This document shows positions 1 through 6,619 of a stretch of 26,152 nt of DNA, in pieces. The translations under genes and the position numbers were made by a program. The notes beneath the pieces are model-generated. The model had not been told where the DNA came from and made no database searches. It worked only from the letters and a program-made list of their open reading frames with translations. Source of the DNA: a virus (Duplodnaviria; Caudoviricetes); IMG/VR virus record IMGVR_UViG_3300002092_000171, positions 1-26,152 of that record; one strand, written 5' to 3'. Numbering within the stretch: position 1 is the stretch's first letter; each line of letters begins with the position of its first letter.

Positions 1-81
1 GAGGAATAAGGCAAGCCCTATTACGGCAACGGAAGTCAGTATGGTAAACCATACACGGAAGTTTGTGTTGGCAGTTTTCAT
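1..81 (-). CDS. Partial small membrane or secreted protein, 5' end only (runs off the window edge)
   Basis: ATG at 81 preceded by a GGAG RBS. Manual translation gives MKTANTNFRVWFTILTSVAVIGLALFL..., a basic N-terminus then a hydrophobic stretch. Not in the ORF track. Confidence 0.65.
   Translation of the reverse strand, partial: MKTANTNFRVWFTILTSVAVIGLALFL
39..54. promoter_or_regulatory. 16-bp palindrome copy 1 (GTATGGTAAACCATAC), operator-like
   Basis: Perfect 7-bp arms GTATGGT/ACCATAC. Related copies at 585-600, 771-786 and 1612-1627. Confidence 0.55.
60..71. repeat. 12-bp direct repeat AGTTTGTGTTGG, copy 1
   Basis: Exact copies at 60-71, 725-736 and 835-846, all in the same orientation. 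Confidence 0.75.
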
Positions 82-167
82 TCGTTTGCTCCGTTGCTAG
101 TAGTGATAGACCATGCAGATAGGTGATTCTGAATTTGATCAATCATCTGCCTATCTGTGAGTGTGCC

Positions 168-196
168 ATTATGAAGTACCGCATGAATCTCTTCAA
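168..196 (-). promoter_or_regulatory. Sigma70-type promoter for the leftmost gene
   Basis: Minus strand reads TTGAAG, 17 bp, CATAAT. It is intergenic and upstream of the ATG at 81. Confidence 0.6.
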
Positions 197-243
197 GGGC
201 TACATAATCTGGGTCTGTGAATGGGTCAGTATCTATGCTCATT

Positions 244-570
244 TTACTTCCAATCTGCTACAAGTGTTAGGTGTGCCTTGCGACGGATTTCAGCCTGAGC
301 CTCACGCTCAACAGCTTTAGCCTCTAATTCTGCGCGTACTGCATCATATTCAGCAATCCACGCGTCAAGTTCAGCCAAGTCATCTTCGACTTGTTGCTTA
401 GATTCTTGAACCTTTAAGCCTTCAAGCACCGATAGGTCACGCTTCTTGCCAGCAGGATGACGCTTGATAGAAGAAGCACGACCCGTTGCCGTGTCGCTAA
501 GCCTTGCGCCTACTGTGCCGATACCGCTTGGTGATAGTTTCACCTTGTGATTTGTTTCGATGATAGCCAT
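244..570 (-). CDS. Hypothetical early protein (108 aa), basic N-terminal half and acidic coiled-coil-like C-terminal half
   Basis: The ORF track gives 244-663, but the ATG at 570 has a strong AAGGAG RBS (577-582) and lies downstream of the promoter at 647-675, so the start was shortened to MAIIETNHK. Confidence 0.75.
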   Translation of the reverse strand: MAIIETNHKVKLSPSGIGTVGARLSDTATGRASSIKRHPAGKKRDLSVLEGLKVQESKQQVEDDLAELDAWIAEYDAVRAELEAKAVEREAQAEIRRKAHLTLVADWK

Positions 571-584
571 TTTGTACTCCTTCT

Positions 585-600
585 GTATGGTATGCCATAC
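585..600. promoter_or_regulatory. 16-bp palindrome copy 2 (GTATGGTATGCCATAC)
   Basis: GTATGG/CCATAC arms, immediately upstream of the RBS of the 244-570 gene. Identical to 771-786. Confidence 0.65.
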
Positions 601-646
601 ACTAGGTCTGCTGGCTTTGTGGGATAGTTCCCTCGCCATTGACTCA

Positions 647-675
647 ATTCTACCATAGGTCAATCATAAAGTCAA
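647..675 (-). promoter_or_regulatory. Strong sigma70-type promoter with extended -10
   Basis: Minus strand reads TTGACT, 17 bp, TAGAAT, with TGn before the -10 box. Confidence 0.75.
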
Positions 676-724
676 GCACCCATTTAAGGTCAATCATCAT
701 AAGAGGTCGTTCATCATACGCCAT

Positions 725-736
725 AGTTTGTGTTGG
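725..736. repeat. 12-bp direct repeat AGTTTGTGTTGG, copy 2
   Basis: Exact match to 60-71 and 835-846. Confidence 0.75.
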
Positions 737-770
737 ATTTTTTCTTGCCAGCATTAGTCAAGCCTCAGCC

Positions 771-786
771 GTATGGTATGCCATAC
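771..786. promoter_or_regulatory. 16-bp palindrome copy 3 (GTATGGTATGCCATAC)
   Basis: Intergenic and identical to 585-600. Confidence 0.65.
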
Positions 787-834
787 ATGGGAAGGGTACT
801 CTATAAGAATTCCTCGCCTCTAGTTATGCACCAG

Positions 835-846
835 AGTTTGTGTTGG
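835..846. repeat. 12-bp direct repeat AGTTTGTGTTGG, copy 3
   Basis: Exact match to 60-71 and 725-736. Confidence 0.75.
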
Positions 847-866
847 CGAAGCCCCGATACGAGGGC

Positions 867-897
867 AAAAAAATAACCCCCGCTTTCGCGGGGGCTA
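867..897 (-). terminator. Rho-independent terminator of the 914-1483 gene
   Basis: Minus strand reads TAGCCCCCGC-GAAA-GCGGGGGTTA followed by T7, just past the stop codon. Confidence 0.85.
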
Positions 898-913
898 CCT
901 TGTCGGGCTAGTG

Positions 914-1483
914 TTAGCGTGTGACCTTCATAGCCTTAGCGGTCTTGGCGATGAGTGTAAGCACCTTCACGAATTCCGCGCGGTCTGTCTCAACGGCAGG
1001 AATTCTATTCTTGAGATGTTCTAGAATCTGCTCCGTCGAAAACTTAGCAAGGTCCGCCTCTGTTTCTGTAGTTGATTCCGCCTTGCTTGGGCGTACGGTT
1101 TTAGGGAGTGACTTTACCAATTCTTCTAGTGTCGCCATGCTTGCGATTTTATTGCGTGCGCCGGTCGCACCATAGGCGCGGTCTGATTTTTCTGCCACGC
1201 TGTACGCCTTAGAGAATGAGACTTCACTCTCAATGTCGGCGAATTGTGAGCGCATCGCGTTTAGTGTCTCAAAGTGTTGTGCCTTAGTAGGCGTTAAGTC
1301 TGGGAGCGCGATACCAGAATCTTTTTTACCTTGCTTGATTGAGTCTTGAACTACGCGCACAGATTTACCCTTGCAAGCGTTTAAGAATTCCCAAGCCCCG
1401 GCGTTACGACCTTGCGCGGTCTCAACATATAGAGAGACGAGTGCTGAATTTATTGTGAGTGTTACTTCTGCTTTTGTAGCCAT
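914..1483 (-). CDS. Hypothetical early protein (189 aa)
   Basis: Long ORF with natural Ala/Lys/Glu-rich helical composition, flanked by its own promoter and terminator. No motif recognised. Confidence 0.8.
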   Translation of the reverse strand: MATKAEVTLTINSALVSLYVETAQGRNAGAWEFLNACKGKSVRVVQDSIKQGKKDSGIALPDLTPTKAQHFETLNAMRSQFADIESEVSFSKAYSVAEKSDRAYGATGARNKIASMATLEELVKSLPKTVRPSKAESTTETEADLAKFSTEQILEHLKNRIPAVETDRAEFVKVLTLIAKTAKAMKVTR

Positions 1484-1535
1484 TTTTTTATTTCCGTTTC
1501 GTTAGCGGTAAGCGTTGTTACCTACCGATAGGAGA

Positions 1536-1564
1536 ATCGTCCCATAGATAGGCATAAATAGCAA
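1536..1564 (-). promoter_or_regulatory. Putative sigma70-type promoter for the 914-1483 gene
   Basis: Minus strand reads TTGCTA, 17 bp, GACGAT, with TGn. The flanking sequence resembles that of the 647-675 promoter. Confidence 0.5.
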
Positions 1565-1583
1565 ACACCACTCAAGGTCATTC

Positions 1584-1613
1584 TTAGCCCCGTTTAGCCC
1601 CGTTTAGCCCCGT
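1584..1613. repeat. Tandem repeat (TTAGCCCCGT)x3
   Basis: Three exact 10-mers at 1584, 1594 and 1604. Confidence 0.9.
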
Positions 1614-1627
1614 ATGGTATCCCCTAC
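1612..1627. promoter_or_regulatory. Degenerate copy 4 of the 16-bp palindrome (GTATGGTATCCCCTAC)
   Basis: 14/16 match to GTATGGTATGCCATAC, and followed by AC like copies 1 and 2. Confidence 0.45.
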
Positions 1628-1709
1628 ACTCCAAGCCCAAGCGGGTCGGGTGCGGTCTATGGATCGCGAAACCCTGCCCCCGCCCTGTCTCCGCTTTCCC
1701 ACGCCTCTC

Positions 1710-1748
1710 CCCTCTCCCTTGCCCTATGCCTAGCCCTCTCCCTTGCCC
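1710..1748. repeat. 15-bp direct repeat CCCTCTCCCTTGCCC, two copies
   Basis: Copies at 1710-1724 and 1734-1748 within a pyrimidine-rich tract. Confidence 0.8.
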
Positions 1749-1784
1749 CCGTTAGGTGGGCTATTGGCCCCGATTCTGCCCACC

Positions 1785-1819
1785 TTTTGCCCATATCTTT
1801 TGCCTATCTTTTGCCTATC
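1785..1819. repeat. Tandem 11-mer TTTTGCCTATC, two copies plus a variant
   Basis: Exact copies at 1798-1808 and 1809-1819. Variant TTTTGCCCATATC at 1785-1797. Confidence 0.8.
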
Positions 1820-1963
1820 TCTTGCCCCCTATGTATCTGCATTTTGATAGTTACTCAACAATTAAAGATGCACCCCTCAAGGGTGCTTATTCCCCCAATT
1901 ATGGCGAGAGATACGAGAGCCTATAACCAAATGATAATAAATAACCCAGGAAAAACGATAGTT

Positions 1964-1992
1964 TTGACCTGGGGGTTTTAATTATGTATGTT
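1964..1992 (+). promoter_or_regulatory. Possible rightward sigma70-type promoter upstream of the virion operon
   Basis: TTGACC, 17 bp, TATGTT. The AT-rich context makes chance matches plausible. Confidence 0.35.
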
Positions 1993-2234
1993 AGTATATA
2001 TGTAGTATCACTCCAAATAATTTTTATAAATATAATCCCCCTAATATATATACAAAATAGGACATACTATACCAAATATTATAACATTTTCGTTATATTT
2101 AAAAATATTTCAAAATAAAAGTCGGTTTTATATCAAATATACAGGTTATCTTATATGTATATATAATTCATTGAAGCGTTCCGCTTAAAGCTTCACGCTT
2201 CTGCAATATATGATATAAAGTATATACATATAAA
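1976..2234. other. Very AT-rich non-coding tract with long inverted repeat (candidate terminus, pac site or origin unwinding element)
   Basis: Visibly far more AT-rich than the rest of the window, with no ORF, directly upstream of terL. Perfect 13-bp inverted repeat at 2151-2163 and 2221-2233. Confidence 0.5.
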
Positions 2235-2290
2235 CCCCCCTATGCCCAAATTCAACTACCCTAAACTAGCCCCCAAAGTGAGGTACCCAA

Positions 2291-4192
2291 GTGGCATCTA
2301 AATCCAGCCACAAGTACACCACTGCAGAAGGTGCCAAACGTACCCCCCAAGAAGCCAAACAGCTCATCATTGACCTGATCCAGGCCGGGGAAACTGTAGA
2401 AAATGCCTGTAAGGCAGCCGGCAAATCAGTCAAGTCTTACGAGTACTACCGGGCAACCGATCCCCAGTTCAAAGAAGCAATCGACCTAGTCCGGGATATC
2501 CAAAAGCGTGACGGGGTCCCCCTTGGGGATGATGCCAACATCAGCTTTGAAGATTTCCGTACCAAGTACCTCATGTCCCAGACCTTTGCTCACCAGCTCA
2601 ACATCACCGATCTACTAGACGGTAAGGAGCCACGGTGGATTCACCCTAACATGGTATATGAACCCGGTGAACCCCAGTATGTTCTGGTAAATGTTCCACC
2701 AGACCACGCCAAGTCCATGACCGTCTCTATTGACTATGTGACCTACCGCGTCTGTACTGACCCGAACATCCGTATTAAGATTGTTTCAAAGACTCAGACC
2801 ATGGCGTCAGAGTTCCTCTACGCCGTCAAGCAGCGTTTGACCAACCCTACCTGGTCCGAACTGCAGCGTCGCTTTGCCCCTGTTGAGGGGTGGAAGGCTA
2901 CGGCTGACAAGTGGACCTCCACAGAGATCTACCTAGCCCGTAACTCTTCTGAAAAGGACCCTACCATCCAGGCTCTTGGTATTGGTGGCCATATTTACGG
3001 TGCTCGTTCTGATCTTATTATCCTTGACGACTGCGTCGTCCTATCTAACGCTAACGAGTACGAGAAGCACCTTCGCTGGATTCAGCAAGATTGTGTGACC
3101 CGTCTAGGTCCATTCTCTAAGTTGTTGGTTGTTGGAACCCGTGTTGATCCAATTGATCTTTATAAGGTACTCAGAGACCCAACCCGCTATCCTGAGGGTG
3201 AATCTCCTTGGACCTACCTGGCTATGCCAGCTATCTTGGAATCCGCAGAAGATCCAAATGACTGGGTGACTCTTTGGCCTAAGTCTGACCGACCATGGCT
3301 TAAAGACCCTACTCCTGCTGATGAGAACGGACTATTCCCTCGTTGGGATGGCCCACACCTCAAGAAGCGTCGTGCGATCCTAGATCCACGTACATGGGCA
3401 ATGGTTTACCAGCAACAGGACGTATCGTCTGACGCTGTGTTCCACCGCGAGGCTGTTCAAGGTTCTATCTCTGGCATGAGAGCGGCTGGCCCGCTAATTG
3501 CTGGTGCACCTGGGCATCCAGACCTTACACGCCCACCTTACATTATTTGTGCGATGGACCCAGCCATGTCTGGCGACACGTTCAGCATTGCATACGCTGG
3601 AGATACTGAGACCAAGAAACGCTTTATCTTAGAAGCATCCAAGATGACAGCGCCTACGCCAGCCAAGATCCGCGAACTTATCCGTGAGTGGACATTTAAG
3701 TACAACCCTAAAGTCTGGGTAATTGAAAAAAACGCTTTTCAGCTCTTCCTAACCCAAGATGAAGAGATCAACGCCTTCCTCGCCAGTCGAGGCATTAGAT
3801 TGGTTCACCATTACACAGGTGCCAACAAAATGGATGGCGAGTACGGTGTTGCTTCAATGGCTGGCCTTTTTGGCCACGTTGACGATCAGGGCAGACATAT
3901 GGGAGATAATCTCATTGACCTACCAAGAACCCAAGACGAGTCCATGAAGGCTTTAGTTGAACAGTTGGTTACTTGGTCACCAGGAACTAAAAACAAACAA
4001 GACGGCCCCATGGCCCTTTGGTTTGCTGAGACGCAGATGCGCCAGTTTATTAACCAGATGGGCGCCTACCAGGACACATGGATTAAAAACCCATTTGCAA
4101 CTAGAGGTGAAATGTTAAAACGCCAAGTTATCCAACTAGATGACTGGGAACAGATGAAGCAACGAGTTGCTGCTAACGGAGGATATCTATAA
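2291..4192 (+). CDS. terL: Terminase large subunit with N-terminal HTH-like extension
   Basis: Walker A-like VNVPPDHAKS, motif IKIVSKT, Walker B DLIILDD, coupling motif VVGTR, YQQ linker, and RNase H-like nuclease motifs AMDPA, VIEKN and QDGPMALWF. GTG start with GAGG RBS. Lies directly before the portal. Confidence 0.92.
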   Translation: MASKSSHKYTTAEGAKRTPQEAKQLIIDLIQAGETVENACKAAGKSVKSYEYYRATDPQFKEAIDLVRDIQKRDGVPLGDDANISFEDFRTKYLMSQTFAHQLNITDLLDGKEPRWIHPNMVYEPGEPQYVLVNVPPDHAKSMTVSIDYVTYRVCTDPNIRIKIVSKTQTMASEFLYAVKQRLTNPTWSELQRRFAPVEGWKATADKWTSTEIYLARNSSEKDPTIQALGIGGHIYGARSDLIILDDCVVLSNANEYEKHLRWIQQDCVTRLGPFSKLLVVGTRVDPIDLYKVLRDPTRYPEGESPWTYLAMPAILESAEDPNDWVTLWPKSDRPWLKDPTPADENGLFPRWDGPHLKKRRAILDPRTWAMVYQQQDVSSDAVFHREAVQGSISGMRAAGPLIAGAPGHPDLTRPPYIICAMDPAMSGDTFSIAYAGDTETKKRFILEASKMTAPTPAKIRELIREWTFKYNPKVWVIEKNAFQLFLTQDEEINAFLASRGIRLVHHYTGANKMDGEYGVASMAGLFGHVDDQGRHMGDNLIDLPRTQDESMKALVEQLVTWSPGTKNKQDGPMALWFAETQMRQFINQMGAYQDTWIKNPFATRGEMLKRQVIQLDDWEQMKQRVAANGGYL

Positions 4193-5964
4193 TGGCTTTA
4201 ACCATCGATGAGGTGAGTGAAAAGGTTCGCAAGATCAGGACCCACCATCACCGTCGTGATGCCCGTTGGCAAGATCTCATGTCTATTCGTCAGGGTGACA
4301 TTCAAAACGTCTTTCCTCAATTGTTTTCTGATGATTACCCGAAGCCTATGGTTTCAAACTTCATCGATGTGGCAGCCCGGGACATTGCAGAAGTCATAGC
4401 CCCACTGCCAACTTTTTCGTGTATGACAAACAATGTCAACAACGACTCAGCCCGCCGCAAGGCAGACAAGCGTACCATGATTGCCGCAGGCTATCGGGAC
4501 GCAGCTAATTTGCAAACCAAAATGTACTCAGGTGCAGATTACTACATCACGTTTGGTATGCTTCCTTTTATTATTGAACCAGACGAAGATGGCAAGCGCC
4601 CACTTATCCGCATCGAATCACCTTTGGGAGCATACCCAGAGTTTGATCGTTTTGGAAAATTGCTATCGTACACTAAGCGTTATTTTAAAACAGTACGCGA
4701 TTTGATTAACCAGTTCCCAGAACATGAAGCGTTAATCCGTAACAAGTACGAAAAGCGCACATCAGAACGCCAGCTTGAGATGTATCGCTATCAAGATAAG
4801 GATCAAACATTCTTATTCTTGCCAGAGCGCAATAACCTTGTTCTTGTTCATGCTAAAAACATGATGGATGAAATTCCTGTTGTGGTAGCTGTACGCCCAG
4901 GTGTAGACGACGAAACACAGCGCGGCCAATTCGATGACATCATGTGGGTACAAGTTGCCCGTGGTCGTTTTGCCAACCTTACTCTTGAGGCTGCACAGAA
5001 GTCTGTGCAAGCTCCATTTGCTTTACCTAACGATGTTAATACTGTGGAAATTGGACCGGATGCAACTATCCGCTCTGCTAACCCAGAAAAGATTCGTCGT
5101 GTTCCATTGGATATGCCTCCTGGCATTTTCCAAGAAGGTCAAGAACTAGACCATGAACTTCTAGTAGGTTCTCGCTACCCACAAGGTCGCCTTGGTCAAC
5201 AATCAGGCTCTATCGTAACCGGTAAGGGCGTTCAATCTCTAATGGGTGGATTTGATACCCAGATTAAGACAGCTCAAGCTGTTCTTGCAGATTCATTCCG
5301 CAAGGTAATGTACATTTGCTTTAAGATGGACGAAACTTATTGGCCAAACACATCTAAGGAAGTTCGCGGTATTAACGCTGGCGCTCCTTATGAAATTAAC
5401 TACACTGCTAAAAAAGACATCAATGGAGATTATCATTGTGATGTTACTTATGGTCTTATGGCCGGTCTTGATCCCAACCGTGCTCTTGTATTTGGTTTAC
5501 AAGCACGCGGGGATAAACTCATCTCAAGAGACTTCTTGCAAAGAAACCTTCCTTGGGAATTAAATATTACCGAAGAAACTCAACAAATTCAAGTTGAAGA
5601 ACTGCGTGATTCTGCTGTCGCCATGATTGGTGCTATGGCAGGCGCACTTCCTCAATTAATCTTACAGGGTCAGGACCCTTCAAAGCTTCTTACTTCTATT
5701 GCTCAAGTTATTAAAGGCCGTCAAGAAGGTAAAGAAATTGAAATATTGGTACAGGAGGCATTTATGCCAGAACCTGCACCGCAAGGTCCCCCTGGTGTTG
5801 AGCCTTCGCCTGGACAGTTGCCTCAGGGCGCGTCTACAGGACCCACATCTGCTCCACCAGGGGCCTCTGGTCAACCACCAGCGATGGAACAATTATTAGC
5901 CGGGATGAACCAATCCGGTAATCCACGGTTAAGCGCTGGCATAAGCCGGCAAACTCGAGTATAA
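4192..5964 (+). CDS. Portal (head-tail connector) protein
   Basis: 590 aa, TAATG-coupled to terL. N-terminal VSNFIDVAARD segment, late SGSIVTGKGVQ helix cap and Pro/Gly/Gln-rich C-terminal tail fit portal architecture. Confidence 0.85.
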   Translation: MALTIDEVSEKVRKIRTHHHRRDARWQDLMSIRQGDIQNVFPQLFSDDYPKPMVSNFIDVAARDIAEVIAPLPTFSCMTNNVNNDSARRKADKRTMIAAGYRDAANLQTKMYSGADYYITFGMLPFIIEPDEDGKRPLIRIESPLGAYPEFDRFGKLLSYTKRYFKTVRDLINQFPEHEALIRNKYEKRTSERQLEMYRYQDKDQTFLFLPERNNLVLVHAKNMMDEIPVVVAVRPGVDDETQRGQFDDIMWVQVARGRFANLTLEAAQKSVQAPFALPNDVNTVEIGPDATIRSANPEKIRRVPLDMPPGIFQEGQELDHELLVGSRYPQGRLGQQSGSIVTGKGVQSLMGGFDTQIKTAQAVLADSFRKVMYICFKMDETYWPNTSKEVRGINAGAPYEINYTAKKDINGDYHCDVTYGLMAGLDPNRALVFGLQARGDKLISRDFLQRNLPWELNITEETQQIQVEELRDSAVAMIGAMAGALPQLILQGQDPSKLLTSIAQVIKGRQEGKEIEILVQEAFMPEPAPQGPPGVEPSPGQLPQGASTGPTSAPPGASGQPPAMEQLLAGMNQSGNPRLSAGISRQTRV

Positions 5965-5982
5965 AACCTATAGGAGATACAA

Positions 5983-6153
5983 ATGGCATACGGAACTAAC
6001 GTACCAAAGCCAGCAGGACAAGGTGGACATGCGTCCGCTCCAACCCAAGGCACATCAACACAGGCTAAAAAAGGCGCAGCTGATCCAAGCCCTTCAACAG
6101 TCCTTTATAGCAAGCAACCTGGCGGCTTCGGCGGCTCAAAGAAAACTTCGTAA
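5983..6153 (+). CDS. Small Gly/Pro/Lys-rich hypothetical protein (56 aa)
   Basis: TAGGAG RBS. Manual translation gives MAYGTNVPKPAGQGGHASAPTQGTSTQAKKGAADPSPSTVLYSKQPGGFGGSKKTS. Fills the gap between genes and is below the ORF track cutoff. Confidence 0.75.
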   Translation: MAYGTNVPKPAGQGGHASAPTQGTSTQAKKGAADPSPSTVLYSKQPGGFGGSKKTS

Positions 6154-6172
6154 TTAAAGAAAAGGGAAACTG

Positions 6173-6616
6173 ATGACATCTGGCGGATATCAAAAACCAA
6201 ATGAACCAGCAATGGCCTCAGGTCCCGGACCTTTGTCACAACGCACTGATGGCGGTGCTGGGTCAACCCAGGCCGCTCAGTGGGTAGCTGGCGGTGATTA
6301 CGGGGACGGTGGCTTAATGGGTATTCAACAAGGAGCACCAATGAGCGCAACACCATCACCAACACCAGCATCTAGTGGGGCACAGCCTATGAATACTGGC
6401 CCACAAGTTGTCCCTTTAACCGAACCATCGCAGCGTCCAGACGAACCTGTGACCTCTGGTGCGGCATCAGGACCTGGCCCAGGGCCAGAAGCGCTTCGTA
6501 TTCCAATGATGGGAATGCAAGGCGGCGCTACGGCAGCAACAACAATTCAGAATTTAGCATCACGACCAGATGCTTCACCGCAATTAAAACAACTTGCAGC
6601 TCAAGTAAAGGGGTAG
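6173..6616 (+). CDS. Gly/Pro-rich hypothetical protein, probably virion-internal
   Basis: AAAGGG RBS and in-operon position. Low-complexity sequence with repeated SGPGP motifs. Confidence 0.8.
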   Translation: MTSGGYQKPNEPAMASGPGPLSQRTDGGAGSTQAAQWVAGGDYGDGGLMGIQQGAPMSATPSPTPASSGAQPMNTGPQVVPLTEPSQRPDEPVTSGAASGPGPGPEALRIPMMGMQGGATAATTIQNLASRPDASPQLKQLAAQVKG

Positions 6617-6619
6617 TAT

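Noticed and set aside
123-320. Plus-strand 65-aa ORF
   Set aside because: Antisense to the 244-570 gene, runs across a promoter and hairpin, and has no convincing RBS.
571-663. N-terminal extension of the 244-663 ORF
   Set aside because: It overlaps the promoter at 647-675, while the ATG at 570 has the strong RBS.
1584-1830. Repeats as a CRISPR array
   Set aside because: Units are 10-15 bp, tandem or irregular, with no unique spacers and no cas genes.
1787-1981. 64-aa ORF in the intergenic region
   Set aside because: TTG start inside a tandem repeat, no RBS, and low-complexity-derived sequence.
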